Shown here one piece after another: positions 19,763 through 33,447 of a stretch of 64,000 nucleotides of DNA. The position numbers and the translations under genes are program-made. Source of the stretch: Chitinophagaceae bacterium. Lineage in GTDB: Bacteria > Bacteroidota > Bacteroidia > Chitinophagales > Chitinophagaceae. Each line of letters begins with the position of its first letter. The stretch's first letter is position 1. The notes beneath the pieces were generated by a model that searched no databases, was not told the DNA's origin, and saw only the letters and a program-made list of their open reading frames with translations. The DNA is taken from positions 11,075-75,074 of the forward strand of contig JAJTFQ010000013.1 of assembly GCA_021299955.1 (NCBI GenBank), given 5' to 3'.

Positions 19763-20872
19763 ATGAAACAGGTCTTGAAATTCGGCGGCAGTTCCGTCGC
19801 CAACGCGGACAATATCCGCAAGGTACTCGACATCGTCAGGGCACGCCTTGACCGCGGACAGGCCATCGTCGTTGTCTCTGCACTCGGAGGCATCACCGAC
19901 ACCCTCCTGCGCTGCGGCGACCAGGCCGCCTCCGGCTCCGAAGCATTCAGGGATACCCTCGCCATTGTGGAAGACCGACACATGCAAACGGTCAAGTCAC
20001 TCCTCCCCGTCAGTCAGCAGAGCGGTACCCTTAGTCTCGTCAAGAAACATTGCAACGATCTTGAAGACATCTGTAATGGAGTGTTCCTACTCGGTGAGCT
20101 CTCTGCCCGCACCCGCGACCGTATCGTAAGCTATGGAGAACTGCTCTCCTCCCGGATCATCGCCGCGGCCTTTCATGCCCATGGTCTCAATGCCACCTGG
20201 GCGGACGCACGGGAGCTGATCCGCACATCTGCAGACTTTGGCCATGCCACCGTACAGTTCGATACCACCGGCCAACAGATCCGGAACTGGGCCGGGGATA
20301 CCCGCGAAGATGTATCCGTACTGCCGGGCTTCATCGCCTCTGAGGGCAAAGGTGCCACCACCACCCTCGGACGCGGAGGATCCGACTATACCGCCGCCAT
20401 CTTCGCCGCAGCCCTCGACGTACAGATCCTCGAAATCTGGACGGACGTGTCCGGCATGATGACAGCAGACCCCCGCTGGGTCAGTAATGTCCGGATCATC
20501 CCCTCCATCTCCTATCAGGAGGCGATGGAACTATCCCACTTCGGCGCCAAAGTGATCTATCCGCCCACCATACAGCCCGTGATGTCCAGGAACATCCCCG
20601 TCTGGGTGAAGAACACCTTCGCCCCCGACGACCCCGGCACCGTGATAGAAAACCGAAACAACCCTCAGCATGAGATCGTGAGAGGCATCTCAAGCATCAA
20701 CAACATCGCCCTGCTGAGCCTCGAAGGCAGCGGCATGGTGGGTGTCCCCGGGTTTTCCAAGAGACTTTTCGAAGCCCTTGCGCAGGGGCAGATCAACGTC
20801 ATTCTCATCACTCAGGGTTCGTCCGGGCATCAGCGGCCGCATGTTCGGAACCCTCGGACGAAATGGTGTTAA
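19763..20872 (+). CDS. thrA: bifunctional aspartate kinase/homoserine dehydrogenase I, N-terminal part (frame broken at ~20823)
   Basis: KFGGSS, TLGRGGSDY, WTDVSG, ADPR, first ACT start; homology ends at ITQGSS. Confidence 0.88.
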   Translation: MKQVLKFGGSSVANADNIRKVLDIVRARLDRGQAIVVVSALGGITDTLLRCGDQAASGSEAFRDTLAIVEDRHMQTVKSLLPVSQQSGTLSLVKKHCNDLEDICNGVFLLGELSARTRDRIVSYGELLSSRIIAAAFHAHGLNATWADARELIRTSADFGHATVQFDTTGQQIRNWAGDTREDVSVLPGFIASEGKGATTTLGRGGSDYTAAIFAAALDVQILEIWTDVSGMMTADPRWVSNVRIIPSISYQEAMELSHFGAKVIYPPTIQPVMSRNIPVWVKNTFAPDDPGTVIENRNNPQHEIVRGISSINNIALLSLEGSGMVGVPGFSKRLFEALAQGQINVILITQGSSGHQRPHVRNPRTKWC

Positions 20873-22043
20873 CGTGCGTGCCATCGCCCAGGGATCCTCC
20901 GAACGAAACATCTCCGCCGTCATTTCCACCGCCGATGTCCGAAAAGCGCTGAACATCCTCCACGAAGAATTCTTCGAAACCACCTACAAGCAGGTAAACC
21001 TGTTCATCACCGGTACCGGTAATGTAGGCCGCCGACTGATCGATCAGCTGCGAAAACAACAGGCATACCTCGCAGAACAGCTCCGTCTGCAGGTGCGCGT
21101 CATGGGACTGTCGAACAGCAGACGCATGCTGCTCTCCGAAGAAGGCATCGACCTCGAAGGATGGCAGGGGCTCCTCGACGCCGGGGAACCCGCTGATCTC
21201 GGTAAATTCACCGACGTGATCATCGAACGGAACCTCCGCAACACCGTATTCGTCGACATCACCGCCAGCGACCAGGTTCCTCCGGTATATGAAAAGCTGC
21301 TCCGCAGATCGATGTCGGTCGTTGCCTGCAACAAGATCGCCGCATCCTCGGCATATGATAACTATCAACGCCTCAAAGACCTCACCCGCGATTTCAACTG
21401 CCGCTTCCTTTTCGAAACCAACGTGGGCGCAGGCCTGCCCGTCATAGGCACCCTGAACGACCTGCGCGGCAGCGGAGACGTCATCCACCGGATCGAGGCC
21501 GTCCTCAGCGGCACCCTTAACTTCGTATTCAACAACTACGACGGTACCCGCCCCTTCTCAGAAGTGGTCCGACAGGCACAGATCGAAGGTTATACAGAAC
21601 CAGATCCCCGGCTCGACCTCAGCGGTACCGACGTCATGCGAAAGATCATGATCCTCGCGCGCGAAGCCGGAGAATACATCGAAATGGACGACATCCGCTG
21701 CAACGCCTTTCTGCCGGAATCCTGCATGCAGGGATCCGTGGAGGATTTCTACACGGAGATGAGCAGACAGGAACCGCACTTCAGAGCGATCTACGAAGAG
21801 GCCTCAGCCGCCGGTTGTAAACTTAAATTCGTGGCCAGCCTGGATCATGGAAAAGCTGAAGTTGGACTCAAACACATCTCGCCTGAACATGACTTCTACC
21901 ACCTCTATGGAAAGGACAATATCGTGCTGTTCCAGACACAACGATATCCCGACCAACCCCTGGTAGTTAAGGGTGCAGGAGCCGGTGCAGAAGTGACGGC
22001 CAGCGGCGTGTTCGCCGATATCATCCGGGCAACCCTCCGATGA
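20742..22043 (+). CDS. thrA: ThrA C-terminal part (second ACT + homoserine dehydrogenase)
   Basis: Homology begins at PGISGRMF (~20823); AIAQGSSERNIS, GTGNVG, ETNVGAGLP, GYTEPDPR, GAGAEVTA. Confidence 0.88.
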   Translation: MSPGFPRDFSKPLRRGRSTSFSSLRVRPGISGRMFGTLGRNGVNVRAIAQGSSERNISAVISTADVRKALNILHEEFFETTYKQVNLFITGTGNVGRRLIDQLRKQQAYLAEQLRLQVRVMGLSNSRRMLLSEEGIDLEGWQGLLDAGEPADLGKFTDVIIERNLRNTVFVDITASDQVPPVYEKLLRRSMSVVACNKIAASSAYDNYQRLKDLTRDFNCRFLFETNVGAGLPVIGTLNDLRGSGDVIHRIEAVLSGTLNFVFNNYDGTRPFSEVVRQAQIEGYTEPDPRLDLSGTDVMRKIMILAREAGEYIEMDDIRCNAFLPESCMQGSVEDFYTEMSRQEPHFRAIYEEASAAGCKLKFVASLDHGKAEVGLKHISPEHDFYHLYGKDNIVLFQTQRYPDQPLVVKGAGAGAEVTASGVFADIIRATLR

Positions 22044-22073
22044 CATACTAACGCAGACGCATAAACGAAAAAG

Positions 22074-23003
22074 ATGCCCCGCAGAATCAAGATAGCGGCA
22101 CCTGCCACCGTAGCGAACCTCGTATGCGGATTTGACATCCTTGGACTTGCCCTGGAAGATCCGGTGGACATCATGGAACTGGAGATCGGCGGAGCACCGG
22201 GATTGAGGATCCGACATATCGATGACTATGGACTCCCGCTAGAACCGGAACGAAATGTGGCAGGCGCCGCATTGCTGGCCCTGATGGAAGAACTCCCGGA
22301 AATTCCAGGATTTACCCTTACGGTAGACAAGCGCATCAAACCCGGAAGCGGTCTGGGATCCAGCGCCGCCAGTTCCGCAGGCGCCGTCGTCGCAGCCAAT
22401 ATCCTGCTGGGTAAACCCTTTTCAGGCCCCGACCTGGTCCGCTTCGCCATGAACGGAGAAAAAGTAGCCAGCGGGGTAAAACACGCAGACAACATCACAC
22501 CCTGCATCTACGGCGGTGTGACCCTGATCCGCGCCATCCATCCGCTGGACATCGTTCAACTCGAAGCTCCCCCACTCCACGTCACCGTCGTGCACCCGCA
22601 GATCGAAGTGCGCACCTCCGACGCCAGACAGATCCTCCGCAAGGAGGTGCAACTCAAACAGGCCATCCGGCAATGGGGAAACATCGCAGGCCTCGTGGCA
22701 GGCTTCATGAAGGGCGACTATGACCTCATCGGCCGGTCACTCGAAGATGTCATCATCGAACCCGTCCGCAGCATCCTCATCCCCGGATTCAACGATGTCA
22801 AGCAACAATGCATGGAAGCCGGCGCCCTCGGTGGTGGCATCTCAGGCAGCGGCCCCTCTATCTTCATGCTGAACCGCGACGAAGAAAAGGCCCATCTAAT
22901 GGCCGATATCATGCGTGATGTTTATTCAAGGATCGGCATCGATCACCGGATTCATGTCACCCGCGTCAACACAGAAGGAGTACGCATACTTGAACAGGAC
23001 TAA
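22074..23003 (+). CDS. thrB: homoserine kinase
   Basis: PATVANL, PGSGLGSSAASS (GHMP), HADN, ISGSGPS. Confidence 0.95.
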   Translation: MPRRIKIAAPATVANLVCGFDILGLALEDPVDIMELEIGGAPGLRIRHIDDYGLPLEPERNVAGAALLALMEELPEIPGFTLTVDKRIKPGSGLGSSAASSAGAVVAANILLGKPFSGPDLVRFAMNGEKVASGVKHADNITPCIYGGVTLIRAIHPLDIVQLEAPPLHVTVVHPQIEVRTSDARQILRKEVQLKQAIRQWGNIAGLVAGFMKGDYDLIGRSLEDVIIEPVRSILIPGFNDVKQQCMEAGALGGGISGSGPSIFMLNRDEEKAHLMADIMRDVYSRIGIDHRIHVTRVNTEGVRILEQD

Positions 23004-23033
23004 CGGAAACGCCTAAACGAAAAAAACGGACAG

Positions 23034-24329
23034 ATGACGTATCGAAGCCTGGGGGGCGCCTCGCCCGATGTCGACTTCAGGACCGCCACCATTCAGGGAC
23101 AGGCCCCCGACAAGGGCCTTTACTTTCCTACGGAGATCCCACGATGGGACAAGCCGTTCCTGAATGCAATCAAGACCATGGACAGAGATGAAATGGCCTG
23201 GCAGGTCATGCACCCATATGTGGGCGACTGCATCTCCGAAGTCGATCTGCGACGCATCGTACATGAGACCCTGGATTTCAACATCCCCCTCGTTCCGATC
23301 ACACCCGAGATCGCCAGCCTCGAACTTTTCCACGGGCCGACCCTCGCCTTCAAGGATGTGGGTGCCCGATTCATGAGCAGATGCCTGGGGCATTTTTCAC
23401 AGGAACGGAGCGGCAGGATCGTGGTACTGGTGGCCACCAGCGGAGATACGGGTGGTGCCGTAGCCAATGGATTCTTTGATGTCGATGGCGTGGATGTCGT
23501 CATCCTCTATCCTTCGGGGAAAGTGAGTCCAGTGCAGGAGAAGCAACTCACCACCCTCGGTCGGAATATCCATGCGCTTGAAGTGGATGGAAATTTTGAC
23601 GACTGCCAGCGGATGGTCAAGCAGGCCTTCATGGATGCAGATCTCAAGTCCAAAGTATTCCTCACTTCCGCCAATTCCATCAACGTAGCCAGATGGTTGC
23701 CGCAACAATTGTACTACATTTTGGCCTGGCAACAATGGCAACAACATCAGCCACCGGTCGTATCCGTGCCCAGCGGAAATTTCGGAAATATCTGCGCCGG
23801 AATGATGGCCTGGTCCTCAGGGTTGCCCATCGCCCATTTCATTGCGGCCTGTAATGCCAATGACACCGTACCCCGATTTCTGAATGATGGCCACTATGCT
23901 CCGAATCCGGCCATAGCCACCATTTCCAATGCCATGGATGTGGCGGACCCGAGCAACTTTGTACGCATTCTGGAAATCTTCGGAAACAGACAATCGCTCA
24001 CCGGACAACTGCACAGTGAAAGCATCACCGATGCGGAAACTACGGATACCATCGCCCGTGTTCACCGGGAAACAGGATATCTGCTCGATCCCCACGGAGC
24101 CGTGGGTTATCTTGCCCTTGAACGGTGGATCCGGACACATCCCGGACAACAGGGTTACATTTTGGAGACCGCTCATCCGGTGAAATTCCCGGACAGTGTG
24201 GAGGCGGCTACAGGCCTGTCAGTACCCATACCCGAAAAGGTACGACCCATCATGGAAGCTGAAAAAAAGTCCACGGAAATACCCGCTAGGGATGAAGCCC
24301 TCAAAAGCTATCTGGAAGGATTCGCGTAA
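23034..24329 (+). CDS. thrC: threonine synthase
   Basis: LELFHGPTLAFKD, ATSGDTG, SANSIN, PSGNFGN, TAHPVKF. Confidence 0.96.
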   Translation: MTYRSLGGASPDVDFRTATIQGQAPDKGLYFPTEIPRWDKPFLNAIKTMDRDEMAWQVMHPYVGDCISEVDLRRIVHETLDFNIPLVPITPEIASLELFHGPTLAFKDVGARFMSRCLGHFSQERSGRIVVLVATSGDTGGAVANGFFDVDGVDVVILYPSGKVSPVQEKQLTTLGRNIHALEVDGNFDDCQRMVKQAFMDADLKSKVFLTSANSINVARWLPQQLYYILAWQQWQQHQPPVVSVPSGNFGNICAGMMAWSSGLPIAHFIAACNANDTVPRFLNDGHYAPNPAIATISNAMDVADPSNFVRILEIFGNRQSLTGQLHSESITDAETTDTIARVHRETGYLLDPHGAVGYLALERWIRTHPGQQGYILETAHPVKFPDSVEAATGLSVPIPEKVRPIMEAEKKSTEIPARDEALKSYLEGFA

Positions 24330-24385
24330 TTCCAATCACGAAGTGGAGCGGCACCGGACAGATGACAGGCATAGCGAGCGACACG

Positions 24386-25312
24386 TTATTTGCGACGAAG
24401 CGCACCATACATGTCATGCATGACTTCCATGTGCGGTCCCGTGAGCACAGCCAAAGACATAAATGCATACCATAACATGGCGTTGACCTCGGTAAACATG
24501 AAACCCGACGCGCCGATCAACATCGTACCCGCAATGGCCAGTCCGCTGTACAACAGCATCTGCTTCCAGACCCGGCCTGCCGCCACGCCGTTGATACTCA
24601 CCAGATAGCGCATAATGCTGCTCAGGGAGATAACAGAATGCCAGCCGATAAAATAAAAAGTGAAACCCAACAACAATGGCAAGCGCCATAACAGGAGCAG
24701 CATGACCGGAAAAAGAAAGGCCTCCGTTCGAAACCAGCTACGGAAAAAGGAAGGGTGGCGGCGATGAACCATCAACCCGGTGAAGGACAAAGCGGTGAAG
24801 AATAAGACCAGCGTTATCGAGCGCCAGCGCTCCAGCATCGACATCCAAACTGATATATCACTCCCCCGCTCCAGAAATGCAAGTAGAGGTTGAACCTCAT
24901 CGAGGTGCGTCAGCAACAGGATGCCCAGCAACATCATTCCATAAGTAACAATGAAGGCCTTTCCCCAGAAACCGGACAACTCGTGCCTGGAAAGATCGGT
25001 TTCCCCAAAATGAAAGGCGGATATCAACAGGAACAAGCCAAGTCCTACCCAGGGCAACAACCATAGTAACAATCCAAACAGCACAATACGGCCGAGATAC
25101 GCAAACAAGAATGTAAAGATCCTGAACTGCCCCCCATCCCGTCGAACCACATGGTCGGCCACCAGCAGATCGGCAGCACCATGCGGGACACCCAGCATGA
25201 GAAGGCCCGCCAGGAAAACACCCAACTGGACAGACATGGGCATCGTCCAACCCATGAACTCAAGCAACACGAACAGGAGTCCCGGAAGCAGTAACAGCAA
25301 TCTGATCCGCAT
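24386..25312 (-). CDS. blh: beta-carotene 15,15'-dioxygenase (Brp/Blh family)
   Basis: Membrane protein with GVPHGAAD, AFHFGE, GWHS and TGPH His ligands; directly downstream of rhodopsin. Confidence 0.9.
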   Translation of the reverse strand: MRIRLLLLLPGLLFVLLEFMGWTMPMSVQLGVFLAGLLMLGVPHGAADLLVADHVVRRDGGQFRIFTFLFAYLGRIVLFGLLLWLLPWVGLGLFLLISAFHFGETDLSRHELSGFWGKAFIVTYGMMLLGILLLTHLDEVQPLLAFLERGSDISVWMSMLERWRSITLVLFFTALSFTGLMVHRRHPSFFRSWFRTEAFLFPVMLLLLWRLPLLLGFTFYFIGWHSVISLSSIMRYLVSINGVAAGRVWKQMLLYSGLAIAGTMLIGASGFMFTEVNAMLWYAFMSLAVLTGPHMEVMHDMYGALRRK

Positions 25313-25404
25313 ACCGAAGAAAATTGAACAACTTGAGAAAAAAATCGCCCCCCGTCAGATGAATGACCAAACGGAGGGCGATATGGAATCAGGTACTACG
25401 GATA

Positions 25405-26139
25405 TCAAGCCTTGGCAGACTCGCTGGTGGCGATACCATAAACCACCAGACCAAAACCTATCTTGTTGACGGCATCCGCAAGGTTGTAGAACAGGTTGAC
25501 GTCTTCCGGATTGAAGACACCGCTCAACCAGCCACCGGGTGCACACATGTAACCGATCGGATAGATAGCCCATCCGACAAGTACAAACCATGCCAGGGCC
25601 TGAATGCCCTTCTGTACAGAAGCAGAACTGCTTGCAGCTGCCAGTTTCTTGGCTTCGCCAAACCAGGCAGAATGCAGGATGTAAACATAACCCAGCGTAG
25701 AGATCACACCCCACATAACGTTGTGAGAAGATGAACCATCCGCATTGAAGGCCTCACCGATGTAACCAGCCACCAGCATTACCACGGAGGCGGCAATCAG
25801 CTTCCACATGAAGGCAGCCTTGGCACCTGCAGGCTTCAGCAGCAGATAGAACTCAAGGCACATCAGGGGCACCGTCAGCGTCCAGTCAATGTAACGGAGC
25901 GCTACCGGAGTTTTGCCGGTGGCTGCGAAGAAATCGCGCATGTAATAGTAATGCACGGCAGCAATACCGGTGATCAGACCGGAAACCAGCAAAGAAGTCT
26001 TCCACTTGCCATCGACCTGGCCACGCTCGAAAAGAAAGAATACAGAGGCGGCGAACATGGCCATGTAGCCCGTGAAAAAGGTGAATGTGACGGGATCATT
26101 CGCGTTGATCGTCATGACGTCTAAGAAAATCGTGTTCAT
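25405..26139 (-). CDS. proteorhodopsin, DTE-motif proton pump, predicted green-absorbing
   Basis: Helix C RYIDWTLTVPLMCLE (D/T/E, Met at tuning site), helix B His (AVHY), helix G DAVNK retinal lysine. Confidence 0.95.
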   Translation of the reverse strand: MNTIFLDVMTINANDPVTFTFFTGYMAMFAASVFFLFERGQVDGKWKTSLLVSGLITGIAAVHYYYMRDFFAATGKTPVALRYIDWTLTVPLMCLEFYLLLKPAGAKAAFMWKLIAASVVMLVAGYIGEAFNADGSSSHNVMWGVISTLGYVYILHSAWFGEAKKLAAASSSASVQKGIQALAWFVLVGWAIYPIGYMCAPGGWLSGVFNPEDVNLFYNLADAVNKIGFGLVVYGIATSESAKA

Positions 26140-26433
26140 ATAACAAGGGGTTTTGTTGTATATAGTTAATGAAAATCTAACAGATTTGTTTAGTTTCTAT
26201 CACATATATCCTAAACATCAATTTGTTTAATCGTTTTAGCAACGGGCTAAATTACATAATTACATGCGCCCGTTGCATTTCAAATTAACAAAAGCTAAAG
26301 AAAAAGAATTTTTTTTGTTAAAATTGAAAATTGATGCAGCGAAATCACATTTTCATTAAATGTTTTATAATATTTGAAAAATCACCTTTCAGACACAATA
26401 AAAAGGGAGGATCCGATAGGGATCTGAGGACAT

Positions 26434-26856
26434 ATGTCGAATAAAAAACAGATTGAACAGCCCCCGTTGAACGGATGTATGGCTATGGACATCACGATCA
26501 TTCCCGAACAGATCGATGACCGGGGACATGTCAACAATACCGTCCACCTGTCATGGATACAACAGGCAGCCCTCAGTCATTGGAAACAGCTGGCGGGAGA
26601 TCGGGCGGATCAGTTTGCATGGGTCGTCCGACGTCATGAGATCGACTATCTCGCACCCATACTCCCCGGTACCGACATCATTGCACTTACCTGGGTAGGA
26701 GAAACTGATGCCATGTCAAGCATCCGAAGGGTGCGTATTCAAACGCGCGACGGCCGCATACTCGCAGAGGCCATGACCATATGGTGCCTCATCGATCCAA
26801 ACACAGGCCGATTCAGAAGGATTACCGACGATGTAAAAGAAATACTCGGTAAATGA
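26434..26856 (+). CDS. acyl-CoA thioesterase (hotdog fold, 4HBT-like)
   Basis: IDDRGHVNN, WVVRRHEIDYLAP; true start may be a downstream ATG. Confidence 0.85.
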   Translation: MSNKKQIEQPPLNGCMAMDITIIPEQIDDRGHVNNTVHLSWIQQAALSHWKQLAGDRADQFAWVVRRHEIDYLAPILPGTDIIALTWVGETDAMSSIRRVRIQTRDGRILAEAMTIWCLIDPNTGRFRRITDDVKEILGK

Positions 26857-26857
26857 A

Positions 26858-26887
26858 ACAGCCGTTCATGCAAACATGAACGGCTGT
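26858..26887. terminator. hairpin between convergent thioesterase and rpoB
   Basis: ACAGCCGTTCATG-CAAA-CATGAACGGCTGT perfect 13-bp stem; TTT follows on minus strand. Confidence 0.75.
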
Positions 26888-26908
26888 GAAATATCGGTTG
26901 GACAATGG

Positions 26909-30727
<3,819 letters not shown>

Positions 30728-30856
30728 AAAGCGCTTTTGGGGTTATATGACAACCAGGTCATCCGCAGTAGTACTGCCTTCAGACGATAGTGATTGCCAA
30801 TCATTTATATGTTTTCCGCTGCCCTAAATCGTGGAAATATCCTAATTTAAGGAACG

Positions 30857-30887
30857 CAAAGGTAAGAAAATTACCTATCATGGCAAA
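30857..30887 (-). promoter_or_regulatory. dedicated rpoB promoter
   Basis: Minus strand TTTG-N19-TACCTTTG, exact Bacteroidota consensus. Confidence 0.7.
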
Positions 30888-30915
30888 ATTCCCCCCGTTT
30901 TATATGACTATCCCG

Positions 30916-30948
30916 AAAAACGGAGAAGCCGCCCATGTGGGCGGCTTC
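30916..30948 (-). terminator. terminator after rplL
   Basis: GAAGCCGCCC-N4-GGGCGGCTTC stem followed by TCCGTTTTT on minus strand. Confidence 0.7.
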
Positions 30949-30972
30949 CTATACGTTGTGACGGGCAGGGAA

Positions 30973-31347
30973 TTACTTCACCTCCACATCGGCACCGGCT
31001 TCCTTCAGCTTGGCGGCGACGTCGTCGGCCTCTGCTTTGGAAACGCCTTCCTTTACGTTCTTCGGGGCGCCATCGACCAGGTCCTTGGCTTCCTTCAGAC
31101 CGAGGCCGGTCAGGTCTTTTACGATCTTTACAACAGCCAGCTTGTTGGCACCACCGCTCTTCAGGACCACATCGAAGGCGGTCTTCTCTTCAGCAACGGG
31201 AGCAGCAGCAGCAGGACCTGCAGCTACAGCAACAGCAGCAGCGGCGGGCTCAATTCCGTACTCGTCCTTCAGGATCTTGGCCAGTTCGTTAACTTCTTTC
31301 ACGGTGAGGTTCACCAGTTGTTCGGCGAATGCCTTTAAATCTGCCAT
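30973..31347 (-). CDS. rplL: 50S ribosomal protein L7/L12
   Basis: [25 protein letters not shown]. Confidence 0.98.
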   Translation of the reverse strand: MADLKAFAEQLVNLTVKEVNELAKILKDEYGIEPAAAAVAVAAGPAAAAPVAEEKTAFDVVLKSGGANKLAVVKIVKDLTGLGLKEAKDLVDGAPKNVKEGVSKAEADDVAAKLKEAGADVEVK

Positions 31348-31467
31348 GGTATTTGATTTTTTACCGTCTTCACGCCAGCTATATAGCCGATCCGACGGCG
31401 GGTTTAAAAAAAATGCATTTTAGGGTGGTCATACCTCTGGATTCCTTAGGGACCCAGAGAAGGGACC

Positions 31468-32001
31468 TTAGTTCTGACGATCCTCCAGGGCCTTCACCAG
31501 ACTGGCGAGTTTGCCACCGGCATTCAGGCCGCTGATGACATTCTTCGCAGGGGACTGAAGCAGACCGATGATCTCTCCGATGAGGTCCTGCTTGCTTTTC
31601 AGATCCCTCAGTACTTCCAGCTGCTTATCGCCAACAAATACGTCGCCGTCGATGAAGGCAGCCTTGAGAACGGGACGTTCTTTGGTTTTGGGATTATCCT
31701 TGCGGAAGCTGGTGAGGATCAGGGCCGGCTCTTTGGCGCTTTCAGCGAACATCAGTGCCGTAACACCGTGCAGAGAATCGAAGGCGCCCTTGAAGCGGTC
31801 GGAATCAAGTTGCTCCATCGCCTTGCGGATGAGCGTATTCTTCGCCACCTTAAGTTCGACATTCTTGTCGAAGCAGATGCGACGGAGTTTGCTTACCTGC
31901 GCCACGGTCAACGACTCGGTGTTGGTGATGTAGAAGTTGTTGTACTGGGAGAACTTCTCCTTCAGCGCTTCGATCGCCTGGTTCTTATCTTGCTTGTTCA
32001 T
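31468..32001 (-). CDS. rplJ: 50S ribosomal protein L10
   Basis: VAKNTL motif, position between rplA and rplL. Confidence 0.95.
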   Translation of the reverse strand: MNKQDKNQAIEALKEKFSQYNNFYITNTESLTVAQVSKLRRICFDKNVELKVAKNTLIRKAMEQLDSDRFKGAFDSLHGVTALMFAESAKEPALILTSFRKDNPKTKERPVLKAAFIDGDVFVGDKQLEVLRDLKSKQDLIGEIIGLLQSPAKNVISGLNAGGKLASLVKALEDRQN

Positions 32002-32038
32002 GATCTGTTTCGTTTAGCGTATTTCAAATACCCCCGGA

Positions 32039-32731
32039 TCAGTGGATCAGCGCCTTGGTGTCAACGGCGACGGAGGGACTCATCGTACTGGCCATGAAAA
32101 TGCTCTTCAGGTAGGTTCCTTTCGCCGTACTTGGCTTGGCCTTGATAATGGCGTTGAGGAACTCCTGGCTGTTTTCTGCCAATTTCTTCGGATTGAAGCT
32201 GACCCTTCCGATGGAAGCGTGTACGATGCCGGCTTTGTCGACCTTGAAGGCGACCTTGCCCGCTTTGACATCCTTCACGGCAGCCTGCACATCATTGGTG
32301 ACCGTTCCCGTCTTCGGGTTCGGCATCAGATTACGCGGGCCCAGGATCTTTCCAAGCTTACCGATCTTCGGCATCACGGAAGGAGTGGCTACGATAACGT
32401 CGATATCGGTCCATCCATCTTCGATCTTCTTGATGAACTCGTCGAGTCCGACATGATCAGCACCGGCTGCTTTCGCTTCTTCCTCTTTGTCAGGCGTGCA
32501 GAGCACGAGTACCTTTTTGGTCTTACCCGTACCATGTGGCAGGGTAACCGTACCCCGAACAGCCTGGTCGGCTTTCTTGGGATCAACACCCAGACGCACG
32601 TGGAGGTCCACGGAACTATCGAACTTGGTGCAGTTGAGATCCTTTACCAATGCGCATGCATCGTCCAGGGAATAGATCTTTTTATCGTCGACTTTTGCGT
32701 TGGCGGCTTTTCTTTTCTTTGTAAGTCCCAT
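32039..32731 (-). CDS. rplA: 50S ribosomal protein L1
   Basis: [21 protein letters not shown]. Confidence 0.98.
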   Translation of the reverse strand: MGLTKKRKAANAKVDDKKIYSLDDACALVKDLNCTKFDSSVDLHVRLGVDPKKADQAVRGTVTLPHGTGKTKKVLVLCTPDKEEEAKAAGADHVGLDEFIKKIEDGWTDIDVIVATPSVMPKIGKLGKILGPRNLMPNPKTGTVTNDVQAAVKDVKAGKVAFKVDKAGIVHASIGRVSFNPKKLAENSQEFLNAIIKAKPSTAKGTYLKSIFMASTMSPSVAVDTKALIH

Positions 32732-32757
32732 CTTGACAGGCTTTTAGTTGTCAACAA

Positions 32758-33201
32758 TCAGTTTTCCCACGGTGCTTGACCATCGACCGTGATGCCCATG
32801 CTCCGGGCCGTACCAGCTACCATACGCATGGCACTGTCCAGCGTAAAGCAGTTCAGGTCTGCCATCTTGTCCTTGGCGATGGCCTCTACTTGTGCCCAGG
32901 TTACCTTGCCGACCTTGACGCGGTTAGGTTCCTTGGAACCACTCTGCAGCTTTACAGCTTCGAGTAATTGAACGGAAGCAGGAGGCGTCTTGATGACGAA
33001 CTCAAAGGACTTGTCAGTGAAAACCGTGATGAGTACCGGCAGTATCTTGCCGGGTTTGTCCTGCGTGCGAGCATTGAACTGCTTGCAGAACTCCATGATG
33101 TTTACACCCTTCGAACCGAGTGCGGGTCCAACAGGGGGGGCAGGATTGGCAGCAGCGCCCTTTACCTGCAACTTCACATAGCCTGAAATCTCTTTAGCCA
33201 T
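32758..33201 (-). CDS. rplK: 50S ribosomal protein L11
   Basis: [19 protein letters not shown]. Confidence 0.98.
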   Translation of the reverse strand: MAKEISGYVKLQVKGAAANPAPPVGPALGSKGVNIMEFCKQFNARTQDKPGKILPVLITVFTDKSFEFVIKTPPASVQLLEAVKLQSGSKEPNRVKVGKVTWAQVEAIAKDKMADLNCFTLDSAMRMVAGTARSMGITVDGQAPWEN

Positions 33202-33215
33202 GATTGAACTTTTTT

Positions 33216-33250
33216 TGGTGTTAACGTCCCTCCATTGGAAGGACTCCCAA
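33216..33250 (-). promoter_or_regulatory. putative L1 autoregulatory leader hairpin of rplK-rplA
   Basis: Minus strand TGGGAG-TCCTTCC-AAT-GGAGGGA-CGTTAA-CACCA resembles the GGGAG/ACC L1-binding helix. Confidence 0.4.
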
Positions 33251-33283
33251 ATGCGGGAATTCTAAGATCTTTAGAACGGGGTG

Positions 33284-33315
33284 CAAAGATATACAGGCTG
33301 ATTGATATGAACAAA
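33284..33315 (-). promoter_or_regulatory. rplK promoter
   Basis: Minus strand TTTG-N20-TATCTTTG. Confidence 0.65.
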
Positions 33316-33447
33316 CACATTTTTTAGACCGAAATGACATCTCTGTGAAGATTTTTCATCCTACATAGGTGTGCGTTGAGGAGAATTGTTTAATTTTCCG
33401 CCCGTTGACTTACACCCCATTATTTTAAGCACAAATCCAGGAAATCC

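Noticed and set aside
20805-20845. Programmed ribosomal frameshift in thrA
   Set aside because: No slippery heptamer, and about 50 conserved codons are missing, which frameshifting cannot supply
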